Positions 8,742-17,271 of a stretch of DNA of 46,563 bases are shown here, in pieces. This DNA is from Candidatus Kaiserbacteria bacterium. Lineage in GTDB: Bacteria; Patescibacteriota; Minisyncoccia; Phycocordibacterales; Phycocordibacteraceae. The first letter of the stretch is position 1, and each line of letters begins with the position of its first letter. Under the pieces are notes generated by a model. That model made no database searches. It was not told where the DNA came from and worked only from the letters and a program-made list of their open reading frames with translations. Made by a program: the position numbers and the translations under genes. Where the stretch lies: contig JARIGM010000014.1 of NCBI GenBank assembly GCA_029288865.1, positions 1-46,563 of the forward strand, given 5' to 3'.

Positions 8742-9986
8742 TCATTGTACCACACCCACGAGAGGAATGTGCAGTGTTCTATGGCCTACTTTATTGCTTT
8801 TTGATGGCTTCACCTGATCCTTAACCAACGCTTGGAAGCTTGATGCCAGGAAGAGCGTATTGCGGCCGTATTTGTGGTTGACGCGGTCTACCGTCTCGAT
8901 GATCCGCTCGCGTTCTCGAGCGGATTCAGCCATGCCGAAGAGGTCGTCCATCTGCGCAGCTTCAGGCACGAGCGAACGGATCGTGATGCCAGTCGCCCGA
9001 TACGGCACCTTCGGCACATATACCTCATCGAATCGCCGATCGATATGTGCGAGCAGCTCGCCCGGATCAGCGGTGGGCGTCGTGAGCTCGATGGACACAG
9101 CATGATAGGTGAATTCCTGCGTCTTCAGATAGAACGTGAGGCCGGCGGCGCGCATATGGTGCCGGCGCGCCTTTGCGCATACTGCTTCGACATTTTTCGA
9201 CAGTTGCGAAAAGATGAAGGATCGGCTTTCTGATGGAGGTGAGAAAGTGCGAGTGTGCATGAGCGAACCCACCCCGCTCCGCTTCTCACCGAACCTCTTG
9301 ATTGCATGACCTCGGAGTTCCAGCCATACATCCCGATATGCTTTCCCGAACCGATGCATCGCGAGCCACGGGTCATCTTTGGTGATGAAATCCCCCGCCG
9401 TCATGACGCCGAGCTTTTCAAGGTGCGTGCCAGAAGCGCCACCTAAATTCCACACATGATGAATGGGAATATTCGCAGTGAACTCTGGGATCTGTTCCGG
9501 CGGTACGCTCGTGAAGCCGGCGGGCTTGTTCGCTTTTGAGGCAGCTTTGGCAAGCGTCTTTGACGAGGCCAATCCCACTCCGAACGTCAGCCCGAGCGAG
9601 TTTTCAAGCTCGCTCTTGATAGACCGTACGACCTCTTCATAGCCGCTCCAGCTCTCTGCTAAATCGGTGAGGTCAGCGAAGCATTCGTCGATACTGTATT
9701 CATCCACTGCCGGTGTGTATTGCCGCACGATTGAATACATGCGCTGCGCGAAGATCGCATACGCCATATAGTTCGAGGGCACGATGATCGCCTGCGGGCA
9801 TCGAATCTTTACTTCGCGCATGCTCATGCCGCGTGACAACCCGAGCCGTTTCGCCTCGATCGATACGGATGTCGGCGCACCGCGCTCAGCACCCGTCACG
9901 ATTGGCTTGCCGCGCAGCCGGTAGTTCAAGACTTGTTCCACTGACGCGAAAAAGGAGTCCCCGTCGAAGTGAACGATCGCACGCAT
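8742..9986 (-). CDS. dinB: Y-family translesion DNA polymerase (DinB/UmuC)
   Basis: IVHFDGDSFFASVEQ, YSIDECFADLT, GLASSKTLAKAASK.KP.G, and a C-terminal VDRVNHKYG tail. Confidence 0.92.
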   Translation of the reverse strand: MRAIVHFDGDSFFASVEQVLNYRLRGKPIVTGAERGAPTSVSIEAKRLGLSRGMSMREVKIRCPQAIIVPSNYMAYAIFAQRMYSIVRQYTPAVDEYSIDECFADLTDLAESWSGYEEVVRSIKSELENSLGLTFGVGLASSKTLAKAASKANKPAGFTSVPPEQIPEFTANIPIHHVWNLGGASGTHLEKLGVMTAGDFITKDDPWLAMHRFGKAYRDVWLELRGHAIKRFGEKRSGVGSLMHTRTFSPPSESRSFIFSQLSKNVEAVCAKARRHHMRAAGLTFYLKTQEFTYHAVSIELTTPTADPGELLAHIDRRFDEVYVPKVPYRATGITIRSLVPEAAQMDDLFGMAESARERERIIETVDRVNHKYGRNTLFLASSFQALVKDQVKPSKSNKVGHRTLHIPLVGVVQ

Positions 9987-9987
9987 G

Positions 9988-10563
9988 TCAATATTTCCGG
10001 AAGGTGGCTGTCACCACCCCCACGATCTCACCCTCGATCGGATGGATTTCGGGGTATTTCTCATTCGCGGCTTCCAAGAAGAGATGTGCGCCTTTCTTGC
10101 GCAAGAACTTGAGCGTGTAGCCATCTTCCGTGAGTGCCACCACGATCTGCCCTGGCCGCGCGTCCTTCGTGCGCTCGAAGATCACCATGTCCCCTTCCTG
10201 GATGCCTGCATCGATCATCGAATCTCCTTCGACCTGCAAGAGATAGCTGCGGTTCGGATGCGGAATCAAGAACTCGCCAACACTGATGAGATCCGTGAGC
10301 TCATCTTCAGCAGGCGCAGCGAAGCCTGCACGAATATGTCCGACCATCGGAATCTCGTATAACTTGCTCGACGGTGTTAGACGGCCGGCCGAGTCCTTCT
10401 GTATTACGCCTTCCTTCACGAGCCGATTCACCACATAGAACGCCGAACTTCGCGATGCGAAATCACATATTTCCATCACTTCAGTAATGGTAGGCATTCG
10501 TCGATGCGCGCGATAAAAATCGAGAATCTTGCCCTTGTAGTTCTTCGAGTATTTCTTGGCCAT
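9988..10563 (-). CDS. lexA: LexA-family repressor (winged HTH plus S24 autopeptidase)
   Basis: RMPTITEVM...ASRSSAF HTH; IPMVGHIRAG with Ala-Gly cleavage site; VEGDSMIDAGI catalytic Ser; TLK catalytic Lys; stop 1 nt before the dinB ATG. Confidence 0.88.
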   Translation of the reverse strand: MAKKYSKNYKGKILDFYRAHRRMPTITEVMEICDFASRSSAFYVVNRLVKEGVIQKDSAGRLTPSSKLYEIPMVGHIRAGFAAPAEDELTDLISVGEFLIPHPNRSYLLQVEGDSMIDAGIQEGDMVIFERTKDARPGQIVVALTEDGYTLKFLRKKGAHLFLEAANEKYPEIHPIEGEIVGVVTATFRKY

Positions 10564-10568
10564 TCCTC

Positions 10569-10598
10569 TAGCATATCGAACAATTGTTCGATATGCTA
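10569..10598. promoter_or_regulatory. LexA operator (SOS box, CGAAC-N4-GTTCG) inside a 30-bp perfect palindrome overlapping the lexA -10 box
   Basis: TAGCATATCGAACAATTGTTCGATATGCTA; the core CGAACAATTGTTCG fits the Firmicutes/Actinobacteria-type GAAC-N4-GTTC box; TATGCT is 6 nt before the lexA ATG. Confidence 0.8.
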
Positions 10599-10615
10599 TC
10601 TGACTGTGTGGATTG

Positions 10616-12127
10616 CTACAATCCCTGGAAATAATCAGTCTTTATGCGGGCGTATGGCACACCGAGCGAATGGATCATGCCTTTGTAATTTCGCACCATT
10701 GCATCCGGACCGGAAAGATACCACGTACGCTTATCGTAATCTTTGATCTGCTTTCGTACGAGTTCTGGAGTCACATATCCGTACAAGCCTTCCCAACCGG
10801 TGAGCTCGGCATAATCTGAAGGCAAATAAATAACCGTGAGACCGATCGCGGGTGCAAGCGAATCGAGTTCTTGCTGATAAGCAAAATCCAGCGGCGAAGT
10901 GACGGAATAGATAAGCGTAATATCCCGATGCTCATGTCGCTCGGCAAGATGACGGAACATGCTCATGAACGGCGTAAGGCCGATGCCACCAGCAATGGCA
11001 GCGATCTTCTCGTTCGGATCGTTCGGCAGCGTGAAGGTACCGGCAATACCTGTCATGCTCAGGTGTGCCCCAGGCGTGAGTGAGCGAAGCTTACGTTTGA
11101 ACGAACTACTCTCTACCGGCAAGCGCATCGCGAGCCGTACGAATGGATCTTCAGGCGCAGAAACGATGGTAAAGAATCGGCGAACGCCGCGACCATCAGG
11201 TGCACGATGCGGGAGCGTCCATTCAGCATACTGTCCTGCAGTATAGGAAAACGCACGACTTGGGAGGAAGACGAATTCAGAGATCTCGCGAGTAAGTGGA
11301 ACGACTTCTTTAAGCGTAAGCGTGATCCGATGTCGGAAGCTCACGAAGTAGGCATAGATGTTCGCGACGAGGAGCGCGAACTCCGGCGATGTCGATACGG
11401 GACCGATCTTGAATGAGAGCGAGAAAAGAAGACCGATAATCGCGCCGTAAATAAGACGGTCGCTTCCCGTTGCCGGTGACGTCTGCGGTTCTGTGATCAT
11501 CACGGTGCCGAAGAATATGAGCGGCCACGAGAGCAGGAACTGTCGGAGCCCGGTTGAGAGCGAAGCGCCAGAGTGCACGAGCAGCAACGTGAACACTGCA
11601 GTTGCGACTGCAGCGAAAGTCAAGAAAAGTTCGAGCTTTCGCACCTTCCGCACGAACAACAAGCCGATAACCAGCACGAACGGAAATAATACGGGAGTCG
11701 CGACCCACCAGCTGACAAGTGCCGTGCCTGATACGCTCGCGATGAATGCTGCCACTGCTGCAGGATTGAATATGTGCTTACGGTGCAGCGCAAGTACATA
11801 CTTGGAAAGCATTGCGACGCATCCGTACACAGCCAGCACCAGTCCACCATGGACACTTTCGAGCGGCCCAAATATGAAAAACATAATAAGGCCCGTAATG
11901 AATGCAGATTCAGGAGTCGTGGCCGCTTTCGTGAAAAGTGCAAAAACTTTATTGGATAACCAACACGCAATAAGGAGAATCGCGAGCGAGAAGATAAGCT
12001 GAAACGGCCTGAATGGAAGCCAACTCAATGCAGAAGCGATAACTGAGACGGCAGCCAAGAACAGCAACCCGCCGAGCACTAACCGATACATGGTGATCTT
12101 ATTCAGGAACGCATCGATAGTTTTCAT
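10616..12127 (-). CDS. RnfD/NqrB-like membrane domain fused to an FNR-like FAD/NAD(P)-binding oxidoreductase
   Basis: N-terminal multi-TM half with KHIFNPAA and VMITEPQTSP; C-terminal half with GQYAEW, RFFTIVSAP, IAGGIGLTPFMSM and YLSGPDAMV. Confidence 0.82.
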   Translation of the reverse strand: MKTIDAFLNKITMYRLVLGGLLFLAAVSVIASALSWLPFRPFQLIFSLAILLIACWLSNKVFALFTKAATTPESAFITGLIMFFIFGPLESVHGGLVLAVYGCVAMLSKYVLALHRKHIFNPAAVAAFIASVSGTALVSWWVATPVLFPFVLVIGLLFVRKVRKLELFLTFAAVATAVFTLLLVHSGASLSTGLRQFLLSWPLIFFGTVMITEPQTSPATGSDRLIYGAIIGLLFSLSFKIGPVSTSPEFALLVANIYAYFVSFRHRITLTLKEVVPLTREISEFVFLPSRAFSYTAGQYAEWTLPHRAPDGRGVRRFFTIVSAPEDPFVRLAMRLPVESSSFKRKLRSLTPGAHLSMTGIAGTFTLPNDPNEKIAAIAGGIGLTPFMSMFRHLAERHEHRDITLIYSVTSPLDFAYQQELDSLAPAIGLTVIYLPSDYAELTGWEGLYGYVTPELVRKQIKDYDKRTWYLSGPDAMVRNYKGMIHSLGVPYARIKTDYFQGL

Positions 12128-12140
12128 GGGTCTAAATATT

Positions 12141-13022
12141 TTATAGCGCAACCTCTTCTATGAAAAGTTCGCTGGGGAAATCTTTTGAACGAGAAAATGA
12201 ATAATCCGGATACAAGATAAAGTACTCAAAGTCGTACTTTCTCCCGAGCCGCTCGTGAAGGTCCCCAGGTTTCGTAAAGAAAAGTGCTGTTGAGATTCCA
12301 TCTGCGACCCGCGCTTCGGCAGCGACCACCCACACAGCCAGTACCTCCCGAACTGATTCTCGCGTATGGGGGTTAAGGATATGGTGAAAGGCTCCCCACG
12401 CACGACGATTCCCGGATGAGCCACAGATAGCGCCATGCGAAAGAGTCGCGACGCCAAGCACTTGGGTGGAGTCTCCTGGATGCTCAAGCCCGATGCGGAC
12501 TGCCTCCGATGACTTCACCCGAATGTCCCCGCCCGCGTCAATAAGATAAGAAGAAATTCCTGCTGACTCGATGAGATCAGCAACAATGTCCACGAGATAT
12601 CCTTTCCCCACTGCTCCGAGATCGAGCAAAGCAGGGGTGCGAAGCGTAAGAGTCGGAAACGCATATTCGAGCACATCATCCCAAGCGGGAGATATCGTGA
12701 GCTCGCGGCTTTTGAAGCTATACGATGCGTCGTATCCCGCATCAGAAATCATCTGTCCGATAAGCGGCGTAACGGCACCATCTGTCGCGTCGTATAGATC
12801 GCGATACAAATCAAAAAGTTTTTTCGCATCCGCAGGGAGCGTATAGATGCCGGGCTCTCCGGCCATACGATGCACGAGCGAATCGTCACGGAATCGTGAA
12901 TAGTCCCTATCGAACTGCTCGATACGTTTAGATATTCTGCTCTTCAAACCCTCATACGTTTCCTCATCCGCATCTGGCAATCGGATCTGCCAATGCGTTC
13001 CGATGGCCTCGAACTCCCACAT
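12141..13022 (-). CDS. apbE: FAD:protein FMN transferase (ApbE family)
   Basis: FEAIGTHW, FDRDYSRFRDDS, LDLGAVGKGYLVD, LIDAGGDI, HHILNPHT and ADGISTALF motifs. Confidence 0.9.
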   Translation of the reverse strand: MWEFEAIGTHWQIRLPDADEETYEGLKSRISKRIEQFDRDYSRFRDDSLVHRMAGEPGIYTLPADAKKLFDLYRDLYDATDGAVTPLIGQMISDAGYDASYSFKSRELTISPAWDDVLEYAFPTLTLRTPALLDLGAVGKGYLVDIVADLIESAGISSYLIDAGGDIRVKSSEAVRIGLEHPGDSTQVLGVATLSHGAICGSSGNRRAWGAFHHILNPHTRESVREVLAVWVVAAEARVADGISTALFFTKPGDLHERLGRKYDFEYFILYPDYSFSRSKDFPSELFIEEVAL

Positions 13023-13523
13023 TTAAGATTTTGCTTTCGCTTCGATCTGAGCGAGTGCGTCATTGAAGCCTCCTGGCGTAAGCGATGATCCTGAAACAGT
13101 CGTGAGTTTGACGGATGAAATGTCCTTTCCGATGACGTACTGCTTGAAATTTGACGCAAAGATATCCTGGAAACGAGCGCCATCTTCGCTCACCGGTTTC
13201 GGAGTAACGCTTGCGCTCGTAATGACGTCATTTTTAAGAGTAACGGTCACGCCGATCTGTTCGTTGCCTCCCGGAGACATATAGCTCCCTGTTGCTGAGT
13301 ATGTTCCATCTTTATATGTAGATGCGGAGGTTGCTGGAGCGGAGGCCTGAGACGCCGGAGTTCCCGAGGTGTCTTGTGTTCCCGTTGTCTGTGACGTGAC
13401 GGGGCTCGGGTTCTGCGTTACTTCAGTCTTCTTTCCCATAAGCGCATACGCGATAGCGCCTCCGCCGATAAGCACGACAGCTGCAATTGCTATAACACGC
13501 ACAGGAGTCTTGGATTGGTCCAT
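13023..13523 (-). CDS. Membrane-anchored FMN-binding (flavinylation substrate) protein
   Basis: TM anchor, Thr/Ser linker, YKDGTYSATG, and C-terminal TVSGSSLT resembling the [S/T]GA[S/T] flavinylation motif; stop abuts the apbE start. Confidence 0.82.
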   Translation of the reverse strand: MDQSKTPVRVIAIAAVVLIGGGAIAYALMGKKTEVTQNPSPVTSQTTGTQDTSGTPASQASAPATSASTYKDGTYSATGSYMSPGGNEQIGVTVTLKNDVITSASVTPKPVSEDGARFQDIFASNFKQYVIGKDISSVKLTTVSGSSLTPGGFNDALAQIEAKAKS

Positions 13524-13544
13524 ATTTGATTCAAAAAATGATAA

Positions 13545-13640
13545 CTACGAGCTCACCACGTACGCATACGCGAGTATGCCAAGCACGATCAGCGCGATGA
13601 ACCCGATGAGGAGCCGTTTGCTGACGTGCGAATGGTGCAT
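13545..13640 (-). CDS. 31-aa single-TM small protein
   Basis: MHHSHVSKRLLIGFIALIVLGILAYAYVVSS; TATACT exactly 6 nt upstream of the ATG, matching the pattern across this window. Confidence 0.6.
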   Translation of the reverse strand: MHHSHVSKRLLIGFIALIVLGILAYAYVVSS

Positions 13641-13680
13641 TCGGCTAGTATACCGCATCGTGCTGTATAATGAACTGTGT

Positions 13681-13893
13681 ATGGAACCCGATCTCACAAA
13701 TCGCCTTGCAGCGCTTGAAGAAAAGATAGACAAGATCTATATATCGGTCGAAAAGACCAGAAAATATTTCCTTTGGACAGCCATCATTACTATTGCTATG
13801 ATCGTGCTCCCTATAATCGGACTTGCTTTCGCGGTTCCAGCCTTCCTCACAAATTATGTCGGAGGGATTCAGAGCCTGGGCAATATCCAGTAG
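13681..13893 (+). CDS. Small membrane protein (coiled-coil N-terminus plus TM)
   Basis: MEPDLTNRLAALEEKIDKIYISVEKTRKYFLW...; TATAAT 9 nt upstream; followed by a terminator-like palindrome. Confidence 0.7.
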   Translation: MEPDLTNRLAALEEKIDKIYISVEKTRKYFLWTAIITIAMIVLPIIGLAFAVPAFLTNYVGGIQSLGNIQ

Positions 13894-13905
13894 CGGCGGA
13901 TAAAC

Positions 13906-13935
13906 CAAAAAGCTCCCGCATGCGGGAGCTTTTTG
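13906..13935. terminator. Bidirectional intrinsic terminator (30-bp perfect palindrome)
   Basis: CAAAAAGCTCCCGCA|TGCGGGAGCTTTTTG between convergent genes, with A and T tracts on either side. Confidence 0.85.
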
Positions 13936-13949
13936 TTGCAAAGTCCGAA

Positions 13950-15395
13950 TTAACGAACCGTGAGGTAAACCGTGTTGCTGGTCTGCCCTGCTGCATTCGT
14001 AACGTAGACAGGATACGAACCTGGAGTTACGTATGAGAGCCATTGCGCGCAGTATCCGCTTGAAGGCGTTACATCGCAGCCCGAGACCTGACGTGGGATC
14101 GTGTAGTAGATGGTGCTGCCGTTGTACGACGACACGTTCATCGAGCCACCGTTCGAGAAGTGGACCGTATTCCCGTATGAAGAGAAGCCTGATCCGCTGA
14201 TCGTGACGCTCGAACCGATAGTTGCTGGGTTCGGAGAGATGTACGAGATGTTCGGCGTGCCATAGTTGTAGCCATTGTTATTACCGTACACCGTGATGGT
14301 GAGGGTCTGGTACGCATATGCGCCATTCGAGTTCGTTGCCGTAAGGCGGATCGTGTAGGTGCCAGCGTTGTTGTATACGTGGCTGAATGATACGTTCTGG
14401 CTGCCGCTCAAGTTGATCGACTGTGAAGTCGTGTTCGAGCTGTCTCCCCAATCAGTCACGATGGTCGTGTACTGGCTGTTGTAGTTGTAGTACGAAGAGT
14501 TCGATACGCTTACATTCCATGTATTCGTGGTACCAGTCTGTACCGATGAAGCGCCATTTATCGACGAAAGCGAAACAGTGCCGTTATTGCTGTTATAGCT
14601 ATTATTCGATGACGACATCGGGAAGCTCAAAGTGTTGCTTGATGCACCATAGCTGTTCACGACATAGATGTCGTAGTTACCCGAATAGTAGCCATTCGGA
14701 ATGGTGAACGTGAGAGTCGTGCCATCTGCAGAGTATGCAGTGTAGGTTGAACCATCGAAGTGAACGGTATCGTTCGAAGTGAAGCCGTATCCGCGGAGCG
14801 TGATGGTCGCAGATCCATAGTTATAGGTAGCGTTTGCGGAGTTAAGCGTGATAGCAGCGTTATTTCCGTAGTTGTAGTTATAACCATTCGAGTTTCCACA
14901 GCTGCGATAGCTCGTGTCGTACGGATAGTAACGGCTCGAGTCAACACATCCGGTATTCCAGATAGTCGGAGGAACAACAACCGGAGCGATAACTGGAGGA
15001 ACAGTGGCATAGCCGCAGCTCGCCTGATTGATCGCAGCGCGAGTGATAGGGCCGACGGTTCCGGTAGCAGTGATGCCATGAGACGCCTGGAATGCGACGA
15101 CTGCGTTGCGAGTATTCCAGTCATAGCTGCCTGAAACGCCCGTCATAAGACCAGCACGGTTCAGATACTGCTGCAGCATGCTCACCTGTCCGTTCGTGAA
15201 CAAGTCGAGAGAACCGATCGCGAGGTAATTCGTGAGCGTCACGCAGCCTGCTGTCGAGTAGCTCGGCGTGACGTACGAACTGCCGTACGAATTAATGGGA
15301 TAAACATAGGTCTGTGCTTGGGCAGCTGGGACCATGGTTAGGAAAAGCCCCGCTACAACCAAGAAAACGCTTGAAATACGTGCTATTTTTGCCAT
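13950..15395 (-). CDS. Secreted surface protein with peptidoglycan-binding-like, IPT/TIG and PKD-like domains
   Basis: Signal peptide MAKIARISS...AQA; VSMLQQYL...TRNAVVAFQASHGITATGTVGPITR (PG-binding-1 pattern); TLRGYGF and TISGSGF (IPT); DWGD...SHVYNNAGTYTIRLT (PKD). Confidence 0.75.
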   Translation of the reverse strand: MAKIARISSVFLVVAGLFLTMVPAAQAQTYVYPINSYGSSYVTPSYSTAGCVTLTNYLAIGSLDLFTNGQVSMLQQYLNRAGLMTGVSGSYDWNTRNAVVAFQASHGITATGTVGPITRAAINQASCGYATVPPVIAPVVVPPTIWNTGCVDSSRYYPYDTSYRSCGNSNGYNYNYGNNAAITLNSANATYNYGSATITLRGYGFTSNDTVHFDGSTYTAYSADGTTLTFTIPNGYYSGNYDIYVVNSYGASSNTLSFPMSSSNNSYNSNNGTVSLSSINGASSVQTGTTNTWNVSVSNSSYYNYNSQYTTIVTDWGDSSNTTSQSINLSGSQNVSFSHVYNNAGTYTIRLTATNSNGAYAYQTLTITVYGNNNGYNYGTPNISYISPNPATIGSSVTISGSGFSSYGNTVHFSNGGSMNVSSYNGSTIYYTIPRQVSGCDVTPSSGYCAQWLSYVTPGSYPVYVTNAAGQTSNTVYLTVR

Positions 15396-15431
15396 ATGTT
15401 CTAGTTTTACCTCACTTTTGCACTTTTTGCA

Positions 15432-15469
15432 AGTCCAAGAGCCTCCCGGGTCCGGGAGGCTCTTGGACT
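15432..15469. terminator. 18-bp inverted repeat, probable terminator
   Basis: AGTCCAAGAGCCTCCCGG-GT-CCGGGAGGCTCTTGGACT, about 15 nt downstream of the stop at 15484. Confidence 0.75.
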
Positions 15470-15483
15470 CATCAAATCGGCTT

Positions 15484-16140
15484 TTATTGCTGATTCGGCT
15501 GAGTTGCCTGAGTATTTTGGCCTGATCCTTGCTGGCCTCCGTGCTCCATAGAGCCATGCATTTCCATGCCAGGGCGCATGCGCATCTGGGATGAGCTGCC
15601 CATGTGCATGTCTCCATGCATCTCGCCCGTATGCATCGGACTCGAGCTACCCATCTTAGTGTTACCCATCTCCTTATGATCACCTGGCTTTGGCATCATG
15701 ATGCCGTCAAGGATCATCTTGGCAGCAACGGTCGTATTGGTGAGCGTACCGATGATGAGCACGTTATCACCGACCTTGATGCTTGAAACGGTCGTGGTAC
15801 CGACTTCCCGCTTGATAACCTTGGAAGCGGAGGCATCGACTGAGAACGTAGTAGATGCAGTCGAATCCTTGCTGCGTCCGATAACACTGAGTGACGTGCC
15901 ATCAATGGAGACAACCTTTCCGATTACGGCTGGCATACCCATTGGCGAAGAGCTACCTATGTGCATGTCTCCCGTACCCATTCCCATTCCGCCCTCGTGG
16001 TCCATGGTTGTGGATGCGTGATGTTCCATACGCATCGTAGTCGTACCCTCCTGCTGAGACGGAGCCGCCATATGACCACCGAACATCGAACCGAGTAATG
16101 CAAGAGCACCGGTAAACGCACTGGCAAGTAAGGACATCAT
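15484..16140 (-). CDS. Secreted Met/His/Gly-rich protein with a central DUF5666-like beta domain
   Basis: Hydrophobic N-terminus; central GKVVSIDGTSL...VDAS...IKVGDNVLIIG...AKMI; flanking MHxGSSSxM-like repeats. Confidence 0.65.
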   Translation of the reverse strand: MMSLLASAFTGALALLGSMFGGHMAAPSQQEGTTTMRMEHHASTTMDHEGGMGMGTGDMHIGSSSPMGMPAVIGKVVSIDGTSLSVIGRSKDSTASTTFSVDASASKVIKREVGTTTVSSIKVGDNVLIIGTLTNTTVAAKMILDGIMMPKPGDHKEMGNTKMGSSSPMHTGEMHGDMHMGSSSQMRMRPGMEMHGSMEHGGQQGSGQNTQATQPNQQ

Positions 16141-16206
16141 AAAAGTAATATGGTTATGCGAGTTGCTCTATTATAGCATTGGCCTAAAGTCCGCCAGTCC
16201 CATCTG

Positions 16207-16683
16207 TTAATTAAGTAAGACGATCTGGTAATTCAAGAACATTGCGAACGTGACCCACGCAAGATATGGCACCAGCAGCCACACCGCCGAGCGAGAATGA
16301 TGCCAAAAGACGACCATAGTCGCGATGATCATTCCCCAGAGGAGGACTATTTCGGCAAGAGCTGCAGTCGGGTTAAACCACGCAAAGAAAATTATAGTCC
16401 AAAGTACATTCAGTACGAGCTGTAAAAGATATATCCAGATTGCATGGCGTACCTTCTTATGTCGGTAGCCCGGGCGCCATATTAAGAATAAAGAAATTCC
16501 CATCAACAGATACAACGTAGTCCACACTGGCCCGAACACCCATGGTGGTGGCATGAACGCAGGTTTTACGATATGCGCATACCAGCCGGAGATCGCCGGC
16601 ATCGTGTAAAACGCTCCGATAAGTCCTGCAGCCTCAGTCCCGACTATCGCGATAAATAGTTTCTCTATGTCCTTCGCCTTCAT
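16207..16683 (-). CDS. tspO: TspO/MBR tryptophan-rich sensory protein
   Basis: WYAHIVKPAFMPPPWVFGPVWTTLYLLMG, QLVLNVLW and LLVPYLAWVTFA..LN motifs. Confidence 0.93.
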   Translation of the reverse strand: MKAKDIEKLFIAIVGTEAAGLIGAFYTMPAISGWYAHIVKPAFMPPPWVFGPVWTTLYLLMGISLFLIWRPGYRHKKVRHAIWIYLLQLVLNVLWTIIFFAWFNPTAALAEIVLLWGMIIATMVVFWHHSRSAVWLLVPYLAWVTFAMFLNYQIVLLN

Positions 16684-16722
16684 GAGTACCATAGTAGCAC
16701 TCGATTGGACCGTATTCCGATG

Positions 16723-17193
16723 CTATGAAGAGCAGACGTAGTCCGTACCTGAACCGATATGATTCGCACTGATGATAGCAGAATATCCGCTACTGTCTGT
16801 GCAATACCATGTGCTTGCAGTCGCCTTCAACGGTACTTGTACTGCCCAAGCACTTGCGCTTTCGTTACAGACTGCCACCGTACCAGAACCTGTTGCATTC
16901 TTCGAAAAAGAAGCGAGTCCAGCCTGTTCTGCTGCGGACAGCACCATTGAATAGATGCTTTTCACGCCGCCCACGGTCGTATTCGTGCACACATTTATAA
17001 AACTGCCCCCGTTACTGTCATAAAACAGTTCTGCTTGAGATCGAGCTGATGACAAACTGCCCTTAATAGATGCGTCCGTCCCTTTTGCACGTGCGGTGTT
17101 AAGCGAGGTAAGCACAACTGCTGAGAGAATGCCTATAATGGCGATAACGACCAGCAATTCAATGAGCGTAAAGCCACGGAAGGATCTTTGCAT
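16723..17193 (-). CDS. Type IV pilin-like protein
   Basis: Class III signal RG|FTLIELLVVIAIIGILSAVVL with Glu5; Cys pairs; WYCTDSSG near the C-terminus. Confidence 0.9.
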   Translation of the reverse strand: MQRSFRGFTLIELLVVIAIIGILSAVVLTSLNTARAKGTDASIKGSLSSARSQAELFYDSNGGSFINVCTNTTVGGVKSIYSMVLSAAEQAGLASFSKNATGSGTVAVCNESASAWAVQVPLKATASTWYCTDSSGYSAIISANHIGSGTDYVCSS

Positions 17194-17271
17194 GATTTAT
17201 ATTAATAATTCTTAATACATTCATCATACATGTATTAATAAATCTAAACCTTTGCTATCCACAGATGAGGT

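Noticed and set aside
15396-15683. N-terminal 96 aa of the 577-aa ORF in the track
   Set aside because: It overlaps the neighbouring gene in another frame and crosses a terminator hairpin; the signal peptide starts at MAKIAR (15395)
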